Part shown: positions 26,100 through 40,293 of the stretch, piece after piece | Layout of the letters: every line of letters starts with the position of its first letter | Position numbering within the stretch: position 1 is the stretch's first letter | Assembly: GCF_964194025.1 (NCBI RefSeq) | Contig: NC_134477.1 | Location: 44,330,001-44,394,000, forward strand | DNA length: 64,000 nucleotides | Source: Convolutriloba macropyga | Taxonomy: Eukaryota | Direction of reading: 5' to 3' | Position numbers and translations under genes: made by a program | Notes under the pieces: generated by a model | The model's database searches: none | Seen by the model: only the letters and a program-made list of their open reading frames with translations | Told to the model about the DNA's origin: nothing

Positions 26100-28556
26100 A
26101 TAAGAGAAACCTGAGAAAAATTTTGCCAAAACTGAATTTTTGCTATTCTCCCGGGTAAAATATTCGAAAATTTCGGATAATTTCAGCACAAATTTCCGTC
26201 ATCTGCATTGCATAAAAAATTTTTATCCAATAAACAAATCGGTTGAATTTTATTGGAAACTTTAAGACAATTTCACCTGGAAGAAAAGTATATTTCTTCG
26301 AAAACCGCTTTAAACTGTGAAAAGTTGGAGAAAAAGTTGTGTTGGGCTTTGTGTTATTGATGGCAGATCATGATGCAAAGTATTACTTACAATTAAACGA
26401 GTTTGTACAAGTAAAACTTCAATAAAAATCCGAAGAAAACATTGTCTTATTTTAGAAAACCCGTGTTAAAATTGGAAAAGTAAAACTCAAAGGGATGACA
26501 ATGTAGTGGTGTAGTGTAAATTATTATCGGTAATTTTCTATGAAAGGCTAATGTAAGCCTGAAAAAGTAGATATTCAATTATCTAACTGATTATTTGATG
26601 TACAAAAATTATTTCGGATAATTTCACCACTGATTTATGCAATGGATATCTTATCTTGCTCTATGCAAGAATATCCGTAAAGAAGTCTTTCAAATTTTTC
26701 ATACAATTGCAATTACTTAAAAGCGTCAGAGTTAATTCTTCCCCCGTGAAGAGCGTAAAAAAACGAGTCAAAGATGCTTAACAAATCAACAGCTGCATCA
26801 AAAAAATGTTCGCCAAATTAAGTTCTTGCTTAGAAAAATAATTGTCTTTTAAAATTTCTATAATTGACCATTAAACATCAAAATAGCTTCTTTCCGGCAG
26901 TTATGAAAACCAAGCCGTGAAGAATAATTTTTATTTTGCATGATTCGGTTCTACTTCTTTTGATCCCCATTTACTTAGCGCACTATAATCTTACACCATA
27001 TTTTCTTACCCCTCAACCATTTAACAGTGCAATTTGTTCATCCCAAAATCGGTGTAACACCGAAATATTTTCTATCTATTTTGATGTCCAAATGAACAAC
27101 TAGCAAAGTTAATGATCAAAGGACTCAAGTTACACAAAACTCCTGACGAGTGGAATATTAATAAACAGATTGCGTTTGTTTGAAATCGCAGAATTACAAC
27201 AAGGAAATTTTTAGCACTTTGCTTTATCGCTGAAACCTTGATGTATCTGACTTCTGTAAGTTGCGATTTTTATATACCTGAGTGTTGCAATAATTTAGAC
27301 ACGGTTCACTTTTCAATAAATTTTAATTGCCTTATCAGGGACTAGATGAGAACCCTAATTCGCTCATGGATATAAATTTGGTTTTTGAAACTGAGCTTGC
27401 TGCTTCAGTTTTATAACAACAATGATTCAATATTTTACAAAAAACGGTGTTATGAAAGGCATGAAATTGTTTTATTCAACCCTTTTTTTCACTCAGATTT
27501 TAATCTCTATTAACAGCAAAAATTAGATTTGATTTTGACCTAGTTATAACAATAATGGGAATTTTAAAATGAGGGTGGCGGGGTTTAATGATATACGGGT
27601 TTAAAAATCGGAAACAAATTAAAGCGGGGTTAAAAGAATAGGCTTAAAAAAGAGGTCACTTTAATTCCAGTACTTATACAATTTAAGCAAAAATCTATGT
27701 ACAGCATCAGGCACACGCTCAAAGCGTGACGCACAAAACTAAAAAATTCAAAATCAATCGTAAAGCATGCATACAGACGTTACTAGACAGGATGGGCTTT
27801 GAAGCCAAGAATTTGAGTTTCTCGGAGAGAGGGAATTGTTTGAGTTTCTCATAAATATGAAGGTTTGTTGGGATTTATTACCCAATCAGAAATTACTTAT
27901 AACTTTTCACGCTTGCGTTAAATATGTTAAACTGAATAGAATAAAATAAGTCATGCTATGGCAATTAATCTACTTGGAACACGCGGAAATTTCTGACTTG
28001 CAGGCCGTTGGGTGCGCTTCCCGGCGATAAAAAAACCACAGATTTCCGAATTACATCCTACAACGCATAAGAGGGGCAGGGCCGTGAAAAGTTGTCCGTA
28101 ATTGCGCGTCAACTGATATTCCGCCTTCTAAATTGTACGTCAAGTGATATTGTGCTAAATTAGAGCACAAAAAGCGGGAGGGATTCTCTACTAGGTACCA
28201 AAGGGGGTAAATGTTGAAATATTCCGTTTGTTGGCAAAAGCTTTTTGGACAAGCGATTACTTGTTTTCTAGTGCAATACAGTTAGATCGATGTAAACTTC
28301 TTATTAATTTTCCAATCAGCTAAACATTTTCGTCGGGCTAATGGAACATTTTTAGAAGCTGCTAAAAATTTTTTAAGCTAGGGTTGCTGGTTGTCTTCTA
28401 CCAAGGAATACTCAATTTCAAGACTTTATTTTTTAAGATAATGCTCATGAACTTAATTCAAAAATCTCATTGTTCTCTGCCCGAAAAAACATAGGGCGTA
28501 CTGAAATGGGTGCTTGGACAATGGATCAAAAGGACAACAGATCGAAAACAGAAACC

Positions 28557-29010
28557 GGGACAATAGATCGAAAAATAATTTCTTATCTTATTGGTTGAAA
28601 TTAAGCACGTATTTGCGAGCTGCAATTTGATTACCACATTATGGCCGTTCCTCGTGAGCTTTGGCCGTACCTTAGCGGCCCGTGGTACTTGATATGAATC
28701 TAACACAACCGGTGCTAGGACAATAGATCGAAAGACAACAAATCGGAAGCGAAAATTGAGACAACAGACCAAAAAATAAATTTTTCAAGTTGCGTATTAG
28801 ACAAACAGATTTGAGTGCTCATTCATTATAGAGCATAAAACATGTTCTATTGAGATATTTTGCTCGGTTGTGATAGAGTCATATCAAGTCCCACAGGCCG
28901 CTAAGGCATGGTCATGGCTCTCGAGGCATGGCCATAGCGTGGTAATTATTGCAGCTCGCAAATGATGCTTAATTTCAACTAATAAGAAGTGATTTTCGAT
29001 CTATTGTCCC
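28557..29010. mobile_element. Inverted-repeat (MITE/foldback) element, arms about 150 bp, related to the element at 29463-30890
   Basis: GGGACAATAGATCGAAAA...ACTTGATATGAATCTA.CACAACCG (28557-28711) is the inverse of 28865-29010. An internal CGGTGCTAGG terminus lies at 28710. Confidence 0.8.
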
Positions 29011-29462
29011 ATTTTTCTATTATCCGGTCACCCATTCCAGTACATCCCATGTTTTCTCTTGGCAGAGAATAATGAGATCTTTGAATTATGCGTACATGAG
29101 TATATCAGTTTAAGCGCAATTGCGGACCACTGTTCACGGCCATGTCTCTCATGTGCTGTGGGATGTAATCTGGAAATTGCGGGTCGGTTATCGCGGCGGG
29201 GCCCACCGACCCGCCAGTCGGAAATTCTTTTCGCTTTGTATTCCAATTCGGCTAATTGACCTAGCAGGGTTAAAAAATCGCTAGCTTATATTCTATTCAA
29301 GAATAGCCCCCCACCCCCCCTCTGCAAAAGGGGGCAATTGTTGAAAAGATCCCTAATCAGATTGTTTGGCCAACGAAATCAAAGCTTTCTCATTTTTTCT
29401 ACTGCTGAAGGCCCGTTCGGCTAGAAGTCCTAGCGCCCTCTAAGTACTTGCTCCGTTATGTA

Positions 29463-30890
29463 TGGTGCTAGGAAAATTGGCCGACAGGGCGTTTAGCCGA
29501 CAAGGAAAAAATGAGAAATTTAGCCGAAAATTTTATCATAATTGGTAATAAAAGTACATAATTGGTCCATAAATCAGTAGTTCGGTTGTGATAGATTCAT
29601 ATCAAGTCCCACGGGCCGCTGAGGCATGGCCATGGCCCGCGAGGCATGGCCAGATCCGGTAAAATACGGTCCGACCACGGATAGACCTTCGTTACACTAG
29701 TTGATGAAAAAACTGCGGTATATTTGTCCGCTTACGAAATAGTGCTTTATATTGGCCAATCACAGTATATATTAAACATTCGAATTTGCTCTCCTTTCAG
29801 CAAACGAAGTAATATAATAGCTGGTGGCTGCCGTATTGGCCGGCAGGGCCTTTAGCCGACAACCAAAAAACGAGAAATTTAGCCGACAATGTACGTAAAA
29901 TGAGCGTAAAATTTATTCTGAAGCTGTGATTGGCCCATTTAAAAAACATTCCTAAGCGGACAAATATACCGCAGTTTTTTTTAATCAACTAGCGCAAAGG
30001 TCTATCCGTGGTCGCAACCTCCCTCCCCCCTCAACCCCGTCAGGGGGGTTGCGGCCATGGAGAGGCCGAGTGGAGCGCTACCCGACCGCACACCAAAGGT
30101 AATGGTCCACCGAACTACTGATTTATGGACCAATGAGACTAATAATGAAAATGTCGGCTAAATTTCTCATTTTTCCTTATCGGCTTAACTATCCGCTTGC
30201 AATGCAATGGGAAATCAATTCTGCTGTAAATAGGAATTCTACGAAGGAATTAAAGACGATGATGAGTTGGCCGAATATCTTCGCAACTAACAGATACTGC
30301 TATTGACTATTTCGGTATCATAATCTGATAATAGCTGATTGAGTATTTTAGTCCTGACTTTGAAGATGCAAGAAATGAAAGCTAGCGCGATTAGCTAGCC
30401 CCCTAGATACCCTCTAAATACTTTCGGCTCATTTCATTAACTGCTAAATAAAGCGCACACAAATTTGAATTTGAAGCTTAGTCTATTCTGGTGGCCACCG
30501 ACGTTTAGCCGACACCCAAAAAATGAGAAATTTAACCGACAATTTAAGTAAAATGAGCAATAAAACTTATTCTAAAGCTGTGATTGGCCAATTTGAAACA
30601 CTATTCCATAAGCGGACAAATATACCGCAGCTTTTTCATCAACTAGTGTAACGAAGGTCTATGCGTGCTCAGACCGCCGTATTTTACCTCATCGGGCCAC
30701 GCCTCTCGGGCCATGGCCATGCCTCAGCGGCCCGTGGGACTTGATATGAATCTATCACATATCACTGCCGAACTACTGATTTATGGACCAAATATGGACT
30801 TTTATTATCATATATGATAAAACTGTCGGCTAAATTTCTCATTTTTTCCTTGTCGGCTAAACGTCCTGTCGGCCAATTTTCCTAGCACCG
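29463..30890. mobile_element. Non-autonomous TIR/foldback DNA element, about 300-bp TIRs ending (C/T)GGTGCTAGG...CCTAGCACCG, with internal partial TIR copies
   Basis: 29463-29765 is the reverse complement of about 30578-30890. Extra partial copies at 29850-30015 and 30108-30185. TA on the left flank. Confidence 0.85.
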
Positions 30891-30939
30891 TCTATTCTAC
30901 AATGCTCGCCATTTTGAATATATCGTGTGGTGATTTAAT

Positions 30940-31135
30940 GTTCTAGAATATTCCCTTAGCGTAATACAATAACACGCAGTGCGTCATTAAATAGAGTATT
31001 CTAGAACAAACTAATATCAACCAAAGCATGCTTGTACACAGAGCTGAACAGAATGAAAGAATGACGCCGCAGAATGTTCTAGAAGAGAATATTCTGATCA
31101 GTATAAAAATCATGCTCTGAATCACGGTTTCATTA
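30940..31135 (+). promoter_or_regulatory. hsp70 promoter: three heat-shock elements, TATA box and Inr-like site
   Basis: gTTCtaGAAtaTTCc at 30940-30954, aGAGtaTTCtaGAAc at 30993-31007, aGAAtgTTCtaGAAg plus aGAAtaTTCt at 31071-31095. TATAAAA at 31102 and TCATT about 30 nt downstream. Confidence 0.9.
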
Positions 31136-31291
31136 ACTTTAATTTTCAAGTAAAAACATCAAATTTCAATTTAAATTCAGCTTTCGATCTTCGACAAATT
31201 TTGGCATTGTATTATTGAAAACAATATATTCAATACATCTATTCAATTGAAACTCGTTTCTATAACTCGACTCAAATCTCTAACAAAAACG

Positions 31292-33226
31292 ATGTCTCGA
31301 TTCGCGCCAGCAATTGGAATTGACTTGGGAACAACCTACTCATGCGTAGGTGTTTTCCAAAATGGAAAAGTGGAAATAATCGCCAACGACATGGGCCACA
31401 GAACAACACCATCATACGTGGCTTTCAACGATTCAGAGCGGCTAATTGGAGATTCGGCAAAGAATCAAGCAGCTATGAACCCCAACAACACAGTCTTCGA
31501 TGCCAAGCGTCTAATTGGCCGAAAGTTCTCAGAGGACACAGTTCAAAAGGACATGAAACTGTGGCCATTCAAAGTTGTGAACAATAACGAGAAACCGCAA
31601 ATTGAAGTTGAATACAAAGCTGAGACGAAGAGATTTCACGCTGAGGAAATAAGCTCAATGGTGCTGACCAAAATGAAGGAGACAGCAGAGGCCTACTTGG
31701 GTGCAAAAGTAAAGGATGCAGTAATCACAGTTCCGGCTTATTTCAACGACGCTCAAAGAGCCGCTACAAAAGATGCAGGAGCCATTGCGGGTCTGAACGT
31801 CCTGCGAATTATAAACGAGCCTACAGCTGCCGCTCTGGCGTATGGTCTGGACAAGAAAGTTTCAAGCGAGAGGAATGTCTTGATATTCGACCTCGGAGGA
31901 GGAACTTTCGACGTCTCGATTCTTTCTATTGAAGACGGGATGTTTGAGGTGAAATCGACCGCAGGAGACACCCATTTGGGTGGGGAGGATTTCGACAATC
32001 GATTGGTCAAACATCTGATTGAGGAATTCAAAAGGAAACATAAGCAGGATCCCTCGCAGAACAAGAGATCCCTAAGACGTTTGAGGACGGCTGCGGAAGC
32101 TGCAAAGCGAACCTTGTCATCAAGTTCTCAAGCTGCAATCGAAATCGACTCCCTTTTCAATGGAATCGATTTCTACACTAACATCACCCGGGCTAGATTT
32201 GAAGACCTCTGCAGTGATCTGTTCAGAGGCACTTTGGATCCGGTAGAACGAGCTTTACGAGACGCACAATTGAGTAAAGGACAAATACATGAAGTTGTTC
32301 TGGTCGGAGGGTCGACCCGAATTCCAAAAATTCGAAAACTTCTGGAAGAGTTTTTCAATGGAAAACAACTGAACTGCTCCATCAACCCCGATGAGGCAGT
32401 GGCTTATGGCGCAGCAGTCCAAGCTGCAGTGCTGACAAATGTCAAAGACGAGGTGATCAACGATGTCCTTCTAGTTGACGTTGTTCCTCTTTCCCTGGGA
32501 ATCGAGACTGCCGGAGGAGTGATGACAAAGTTGGTAGAACGAAGCACCAAAGTACCAACCAGAGCTCAGAACACATTCACAACTTACGCGGACAATCAAC
32601 CAGCAGTTACCATTCAAGTATTCGAGGGCGAACGAGCCATGACGAAAGACAACAATCTTCTGGGATCCTTCAACTTGCAAGGAATCCCGCCAGCTCCCCG
32701 AGGCGTCCCGAAGATTGAGGTCTCGTTCGACGTTGACGCAAATTGCATGTTGACAGTGACCGCGAAAGACACAAGCACAGGCAAGAATGAGTCAATCAAG
32801 ATAACGAATGACCAGAACCGACTAAGTCAAAAGGACATTGACAGAATGGTTGCTGATGCCGAGAAGTACAAAGCCGAAGACGACGCCTGCCGAGCGAGAG
32901 TTTCAGCCAAGAACTCGCTTGAAAGCTACATATTCACTGTCAAGTCTTCGATCGAAGATCCTGCCGTAGCCGAAAAGCTGGATGCTAAAGACAAGTCTAT
33001 GGTTGTGGACTTACTGAAGGACGCTGAATCGTGGCTGGAGCGGAACCAACTCGCCGAAAAGGAGGAATTGGAACACAAAATGAAGGAAATTCAGGATAAA
33101 GTGGCACCAGTTATGAGCAAGTTGTACTCCGGTGGATCTCCGGGTTCCAATGGGTCTAGACCAACGACGCAGGGCATGAACGGGAATTCAGAGGCCAAGG
33201 GTCCTACTATTGAAGAGGTTGACTAA
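31292..33226 (+). CDS. hsp70: Heat shock protein 70, cytosolic, intronless and probably inducible (644 aa)
   Basis: [24 protein letters not shown] and [12 protein letters not shown] signatures with C-terminal GPTIEEVD. The first ATG is at 31292; the ORF-track start at 31247 is a TTG. Confidence 0.99.
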   Translation: MSRFAPAIGIDLGTTYSCVGVFQNGKVEIIANDMGHRTTPSYVAFNDSERLIGDSAKNQAAMNPNNTVFDAKRLIGRKFSEDTVQKDMKLWPFKVVNNNEKPQIEVEYKAETKRFHAEEISSMVLTKMKETAEAYLGAKVKDAVITVPAYFNDAQRAATKDAGAIAGLNVLRIINEPTAAALAYGLDKKVSSERNVLIFDLGGGTFDVSILSIEDGMFEVKSTAGDTHLGGEDFDNRLVKHLIEEFKRKHKQDPSQNKRSLRRLRTAAEAAKRTLSSSSQAAIEIDSLFNGIDFYTNITRARFEDLCSDLFRGTLDPVERALRDAQLSKGQIHEVVLVGGSTRIPKIRKLLEEFFNGKQLNCSINPDEAVAYGAAVQAAVLTNVKDEVINDVLLVDVVPLSLGIETAGGVMTKLVERSTKVPTRAQNTFTTYADNQPAVTIQVFEGERAMTKDNNLLGSFNLQGIPPAPRGVPKIEVSFDVDANCMLTVTAKDTSTGKNESIKITNDQNRLSQKDIDRMVADAEKYKAEDDACRARVSAKNSLESYIFTVKSSIEDPAVAEKLDAKDKSMVVDLLKDAESWLERNQLAEKEELEHKMKEIQDKVAPVMSKLYSGGSPGSNGSRPTTQGMNGNSEAKGPTIEEVD

Positions 33227-36200
33227 ATGATGAAAACATTACGAATGCTCGAAAACTGCTTAACTCATCTTTTGCAGTTCAATAATTATTTAGTTAATGT
33301 TAGAGAGTTAGTAAATGTTGTTAATTTGTGTAGATTATTATCTGTATGTGCACTTTCGTTTCTTAATTTAATTATTCTTGGATTGAATGAAATTTCTTAC
33401 TTAAAGGGACTAGTTAGACAATGAGCCGAGATGCTTTGGTTTCACCGCTAAACATTAAACCTAAGGCGAGTGACAAATATCTAAGGACTGTTGATCACGT
33501 ATCAAATCAAATTACATAGTTTCAAATGTACCACTACAATTCAACAGAATTGAAGACGTAATAACAATCCTGAGCTATCTTAAGATAAAAATGGTCTTAG
33601 AAAAGATCTTACCGGTGTCTTAATTATTTGCCTTCTATTTGTACATCACAAGATGTAAACCAAAGTAAATAGGAGCAGCAGAGCTATCCCTATTAGATAC
33701 AAAATAAACCCTTTAAAAGCATCTCAATATAGGCATTAAATTTCATTACTAAAACAGCTGAAGTAATACCGAGAGTTAAAAAGATTTGTTTCAATAAGTA
33801 TCACACAATCAAGACAGGTATTTAAGGAGAAAACGAAGAGAAAAATTAACAAAAGAGAAAACTAAATTAGCTTCAAAAAGAAAAATACTGCAGAATAAAC
33901 AAGCATAGCAAAGACGATTGTGATACACTTCAGATGAATGTGCAAAGACTCAGGGTCAGATTTGATCGCATCCCTCTAAAAGTTATCCGCTACCCAACCT
34001 CAATCAATTTCGCCGGTTTCCACAGATGAATTCAGAAGAAGGCGATAATGATTGTTTAACGTATAGATCACAGATGCCACACCGATCGTTTTAATCCTAC
34101 GAAATGGGTACAACCATTTTATGGAGCTTCACTACAGTCTTGATAACATACTAGCATTTTAAAAGATTGGATATGCATCAAATGAAAATCCTGACTTTTT
34201 ACTTACGTTCCGGAGTTTGTACGTTAAAAGAATTCTAGCTTGATCCTCTAATTATTCGCACCATAGAAAAAATTAAAACTAAAAAAGTGCATAAGGTTTG
34301 GGAGACCATTTTTTTTCTAAAATCGATGTTTCATGTCATTATTTTATTTAAGAAAACCTATAGAAAATTGCTGGCGAACATAAAAACCACTCCACACGTT
34401 TCAGCGGTTTCAAATCTGTCCGGATATCATGTTTATGCAGTTCACCTTTGTGATCTGAATTATCCGCTATACTGTAGATTACCCTTTCATTCCTTGCTTC
34501 TCAATTAGTCCCAATAACTAATCGTTCAGCTCTGCTGAATAACAAATTACCTGGCTTCTATTAATAAAAAATCTTCATATAAACAAATCCATTGACGCGC
34601 CTATGACGTTGAGTAGACCCTCTGATGGTGTACAGATAAACAAAATCAGTCACAGAGTGTGTATGGGCCGCTTTTTAAAAATTTTATATCCAATCTAAAA
34701 ACTTAGGTCAAAAGAAAAGATCAAGATAACTTCTTAAAAAAGCGTTCTGGTTTGGACCACGGCAAAATTGAATCTCTTCCGCGCAAATAGATGAAAAAAC
34801 AGCGATCAAGTGATCTTTGTATTCAATTGATTAGAAATTTTTTTTCCCAATATGAACAATTTTAGAAATTCAAAGATAGTTGAAGATAGGTCAACTGTAC
34901 AACCCGAAAGTTAATTTACAGGAACAAGACACAGTAACGAGTAGTAAATTGCTTAAAGATTGTGCTTCATTTCCCGCAGACAAAGTTATCGAGTTTCAAC
35001 TGATTTTCATAGTTTTTCGTCCTTTTTTATGCTTCTAGACACGCTTCTAGTCTGAATGTGGCACTGAAAGTCTCAAGTCGTACATACGTCACAATACTGA
35101 TTTATTGGAAGTGAGGTGGAACGAGTTTGTGTTTCCGTTTCTTTTTATGTACTAATAATATAAATAGAATAAAGATATTGACAAGCGTGAACAAATCGAA
35201 TGGGCGTAATAGAATGTACCATTGAAATCTTCTCATGATTTTCCAATTCTACTGTTTAATTTGGCCTTGAGTTCTTTCATTCGTTTATTAAGCTCGGCCC
35301 AAATTGTCCAAAATTTTTGCGACTTATATTGCGGACATTTAGGAATAGAGTTGAAAGCATATGTGGACCACATTGACAGTAAAAAAAAAACAGTACGAGT
35401 TGGCGCAAGAATTAGAATTGTGCGTGAAAATTTTTACCAATTCGCATTTCTAACACGCTTTAAAATTAGTGGCAACATTTTCTTTTCATAATTACCTACA
35501 GGTTAATTTTTTTTACTTGAGATTCATGAATAAGGATTAGCTATCTTTTTTCAACCATCTATTAAGGTTAAATAGATAAGCAAAAGCAAAAGAATCCTTC
35601 GACAAATTATAATCTGAAAGTTGATATTACTTGCAGACGAGCACCCATCCTGACCATAGATCTTTAAGAAATCAAAGTCTCTGTGCTCAGCTCAAGTAAC
35701 TAAAGAATTACCAGCAACAAATTCTCAAGCTAATCGGAAAAATTTGTGGGCACTTTAGAGAAAAGATTGGTTACGCTATCAATAAAAATGAAAAAATTAA
35801 TACAATTTTTTATTAATGTGCAGGAATCAATTTTCACGGATATCAGTTTTCCACAGACGCTGACAAAGAAATCGGACAAAATTTTGTTGCTGTTTTCCAG
35901 AAAGTCCCCAAAACCCCAAAAAACGGAAGTGTACTTATTGTTGCATATAACAACGAAGATGATCTAAAAAGTTTAATAAACTGTATAAATTGTAAAAAGT
36001 AAAAAATTTAAAAAAAATGAAAAGTGAGCAACACTGGTTACTTGAGATTTTACGTTGAGCTTCAAGACATTTTTGTTTAAAGAACCCGGGGCTCCAGGCA
36101 TAGATGAAAATTGCATGCTAAGTCTAAGTACATTCAAACTACTTTCAGGAGTAACTGAAAAAGCTGTAACCTCTGCCTCATTAAAAGCGCTTAATGGTTA

Positions 36201-37535
36201 ATTGCATGCAGTTAGTTGAACAAAAAAAATTTGTAGCATTTCTCAGCTGTGATCAAAAATTCTTTTTGTATTAACTATAGGCGATATATAAAATGCTCCA
36301 AAAAGCAATAGCACATGAAACATTTGTCAAATAATTCCTGTATCGCAAATTTTTAAACCTGCGCTTGTCATTGTTTTCCCTGCCACATTTGAAGCGCGAG
36401 TGAAAAGTAGTGACAATCTGCCGAATTGACTAAATGTTGGGTCAAATATCCGTGAGTAATATCCGTGAAAGACAATTTCAGATAATTTCAAAACCAATGG
36501 CCATTTTTCACAGTTAGTGCCAGCACTCTCCGTGGCTACGAATTAACTAGTTTGCGTGGGCTTACAGATACTAAATTGCGCAGCTTCAAAGTTGTTTAAT
36601 TTTCTCTACAGTACGAGCTCAATTAAAGTCACTACAGCAGCTTAAAATTTACGTACATGCTTTCATGTTTTCCAATTCTGCTATTTCAGTCTATTAATTA
36701 AGATAGCGCTAAATATAAAGTGTGATAAGAAATAAACTGATATTACTCTGATCAGAACTCATTTTTTGATTTACCAAAATAGGTTTAATTCCATTGTCAA
36801 ACTATACTGACAGTTGGCTTACGTACAATTTTGGATATTTAGCAGTTCGATTCAAATTAGCAAACCCATTTGTCCCATGTCTTAAAATTTATGTATTTAT
36901 GATCATGAAAAAATATAGGCAAAATTTGCTTAAAATATAAGATTTTAAGGATGATTGATTTTAGCTAATCAGTGTGCCAGGAATTGATTGCTCCAAATTA
37001 TATTGTCCTTCTACTTAACAAATTGTACCCGATTTGAATTTGACAAGAGAGCTGCAATGAGGCTGAAATCATAGAAGAGTAATGCATCCAGTGGACGGGG
37101 AGTTAAATAATATAGGATTACACGATTATCTCAGTTTATAAGGATTACCTGCGTGACAGAAAAAATTTTTGCTGTATGTTTTCTTGATAAGTTTTTTAAA
37201 CCACTTTCCGGAAGTTTTTTTCTACTACCTGTGTAAAAAAAGCGCCAGCAGGTTTTATAATTCTGAACTATATTTGTTATCTTAAAATAATTGAATGTCC
37301 AAAAAGATTCGAAAAATTTTCCGGGTTTTATTCTATCCATGCATCGTAATAGCTGTCTTTCAAAGCCCATTCAGTCACAATAAAGAAAGGGCAAAAAGCG
37401 ATTAAAATACCGGTATCTGACACCAATAAGATAGACAAAACACTCATTTTTTTCTGAAGAAACTTGACTTTTCTTGTTCAGAAACTCAAAACCTCTCAAA
37501 TATAAATATACAAATAAATATAAATATAAGCATAA

Positions 37536-38036
37536 CATAGCTGGCAGATTGCCAGAAAATAGCCGCAATTGATTCGTAGATCGGCAGTCTAAAAAAACAG
37601 TAAAAAAGACAGACCAAAAAATTTCGTCTTTTCATTGAAGGCTGATCTGTTATATTTTGATTAAAAATCTGTATAAGTTATTGCTGCCTCTATTAGCTGA
37701 TCTCGAATAACCTTCATTTAGAGTGACACACACCCATCTGACCTTATCTCTTTGAATTAAAGTAAATAAAAGTCAATTTCAAATTGAGGAAGTCATTTTT
37801 GAGAGTGAGGTAAGTCAAGTGTGACCAAAAATTTAATCACGCGCATGAACAAAAAAACTCGCTCCACTAAGAGCGAAAAATGACGTCACACATGCAATTC
37901 AGTTGAAATTGCATGAACGAATGAACAAAAAGTGGCTGTGACGTCATATGGTCGTAACAAAAATCATGACGACGAAATAAAAAAAACCAAGAGAAGGCCA
38001 ATAATAGCCTCAGCTATCGCTGTGCGGCTATTAAAA
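37536..38036 (-). mobile_element. Helentron/DINE-1-like non-autonomous element, family P, empty copy
   Basis: On +: CATAG + hairpin CTGGCA-GAT-TGCCAG + subTIR ATAGCCGC ... ATAGCC..GCGGCTAT hairpin/subTIR + TAAAA. No TSD. Other P copies at 47184, 49868, 60201 and 61799. Strand assigned by analogy to DINE-1. Confidence 0.7.
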
Positions 38037-39174
38037 TATAATTATATAAATATTAATATATCAGAAACCAATTTTATCTAACGCCTCTGTTAAGCGTTGA
38101 ATTCCTGCTGCCTATGAATTTGTTGCAATTTTAAACATTTGAATCAATACATCCCAGCTAGCATTATTCATCCAAGAGAATTGTTGCGCAAAGTAGAGAG
38201 TTAGAACAGTTTTTTCAGAGGTGCAAACTAAAAAAAACAGGAGGTGCGAAGAGGAGAGGGCAGGGGGTGGTCAAACGAGGTAGCAAGGATCGGGAAAGCT
38301 GGTCGAGATGGAGGTCCAAATCGCCAGGTGGAGGAGGGCGGACGGGGAGTTGAATCGCATACTTTTGAGACTATTTGAGAAGTAAAATTAATAGGGACAG
38401 ACAATAAATCGTTAAAGCAAAAAATCGCATAAAAAGACCATATGACTAATATAATTAATACAAACTGCGTTTGAGAGCAATAAAACAGGTTTTTTGAGCA
38501 AAAACAAACTAAACTGGCCTATTTCCAAAGAATTAAACGATTATAATCGACTAATGTTGGACAAATTGCTCGGAAATAACGGACAAGGGGAGACTGACTT
38601 GGCTTTGCTTGGTAGTAGCTAGCTTATACCTAGAGGGCTGTCTTCACTCAGTGCGAGGCTAGAGAAATTAATGAGACAAAAAATTGCATAGAAGCTGATG
38701 CGCATATATAAACCACAAAAACCTGTATTTTGTGTCGTGAAGCTACGCCTAGACAATGATTTTTACCAGGCTGTTTGGAAAAGAAAGGGTCTCAATCTCT
38801 TTAAAAGCTCCCTTCACGCCATAAATTCATGTCTCATCGACAGTTCGGATCAATCGCATACTCGGAGACTAGTAACACTCTTAGAACACTGCTTACGAAC
38901 TTGATGGCCGCGGGTTTTACCAGTTCATCCTGTTCCCCAGGAGAAAACGTGAGCCTAATTGGGTATCTAATCTGTAACCCCACGTGTTCAGTGCTTCTTA
39001 TGCCCCAACCGCTTTTTGGTTCCACTTTTTATTTGTCGTTATATAGCACGTTACTAAGACAAAAATAGCACGTCCTCTTGGAGACAAAGATTTGCCCACT
39101 ATGGGAGAATAGATCCCAAATTCGTCGGTTAGTCACAAAACCGATGAAATCCCATGGAGCTGAACATACTCATA

Positions 39175-40105
39175 GTTATTTTGGAGCTGAACATACTCAT
39201 GTTTTGTAGAGAGACGACATGGGGGCTAGTATCAATATCAATAAGCATTAGAGATGGTAATTAAGAATAAAGTTCGAGTAGCGGGCATCTAAAATTGGGC
39301 TTTATGGGTTTATCCCGATCCGATTTCTGATTTTGTTTTTTGATACTGACTCTGTTCGTTTTAAATTGCTTTGCTGAGCAACTGCTGTCTAAAAACACTT
39401 TCAGCAGAATGAGAGAACAGTGAAACTAGCTTAGAGAAGTCAAAGATTTCACGCAAAAATGTTGAAGCTAAAAAATTTGTACGACGATGTAAAAACAAAC
39501 ATAGCAGGACAATTCCTGGCGTTCAATTCAAAGAATTTTCATTCATTTAACAAAAACTAGACCTAGAACGGACTAAGAATGAAATGGGAAAACCATTTCC
39601 TAAAAAATCAGATAAAAAAACTAAAACCCAATATCAAAATGCAGCATGTGAACACAAACCACTAGCGAGAAAGAGAAATTAGGTTCAAACAAATAATTAG
39701 GCCTAGAATGTACTATGAATGGATTGGAAAAACCATTTAGAAAACAATGCTATCCAAAAAATTGAAATAAAAGTAAAAATCAATTTGAAATTGACGCATG
39801 TGAACAAAAAACCAACAGCCAGAAAGCGAATTTTTGTTCAAACACCGTTTTCTCACTCTGCTTTAAAATTAGATTGAAAAATTTAACGTCACAAAACCAC
39901 TTGCTTTTTTGCTCCACTTCCTGATTCGGCGTGACCAAAATCACTTCTCCAATTTGACTCCAAAAATCATGAAATTGTGTGAACAGATCTTAAAAAAGAC
40001 CAATACAAATTCTTTGAATTGTAAAAATTCTTTGAATTGTAACCATTCTTTGAATTGTAAAAATTGGAGCGCCATAATAGCCGGCTGAGGTGAGTCAGCT
40101 ATTAA
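39175..40105 (-). mobile_element. Helentron-like family S (partial) with family Q nested at 39500-40060
   Basis: Homologous to 42120-43061. Q begins CATAGCAGGAC. The S terminus is GCGCCATAATAGCCGGCTGAG...GCTATTAA. Confidence 0.7.
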
Positions 40106-40293
40106 TCAATGATCTAAAAATTTTATCTGAAATCTTCATTAACAGCTTGTAATTGCTACTCAATGGTGCATTAGGTTGTCAAGACAATAACTAACGTATT
40201 CTTATTCTTTCTATTAAAACATGGACATTTAATAACGTAAAATACAAGTGCAACAGATATAATACAAGTGCAAGAAACAGATGCAATAATATC

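Noticed and set aside
31247-31291. 15-aa N-terminal extension of Hsp70 in the ORF track
   Set aside because: It starts at TTG. The first ATG in good context is at 31292 and matches normal Hsp70 N-termini.
31342-32799. Overlapping and antisense ORFs within hsp70
   Set aside because: Short shadow ORFs expected from Hsp70 codon usage; no independent signals.
36042-36154. Candidate orphan minus-strand exon (TPESSLNVLRLSMQFSSMPGAPG...), and another near 38888-38971
   Set aside because: Short open frames with plausible splice sites but no homology and no partner exons.
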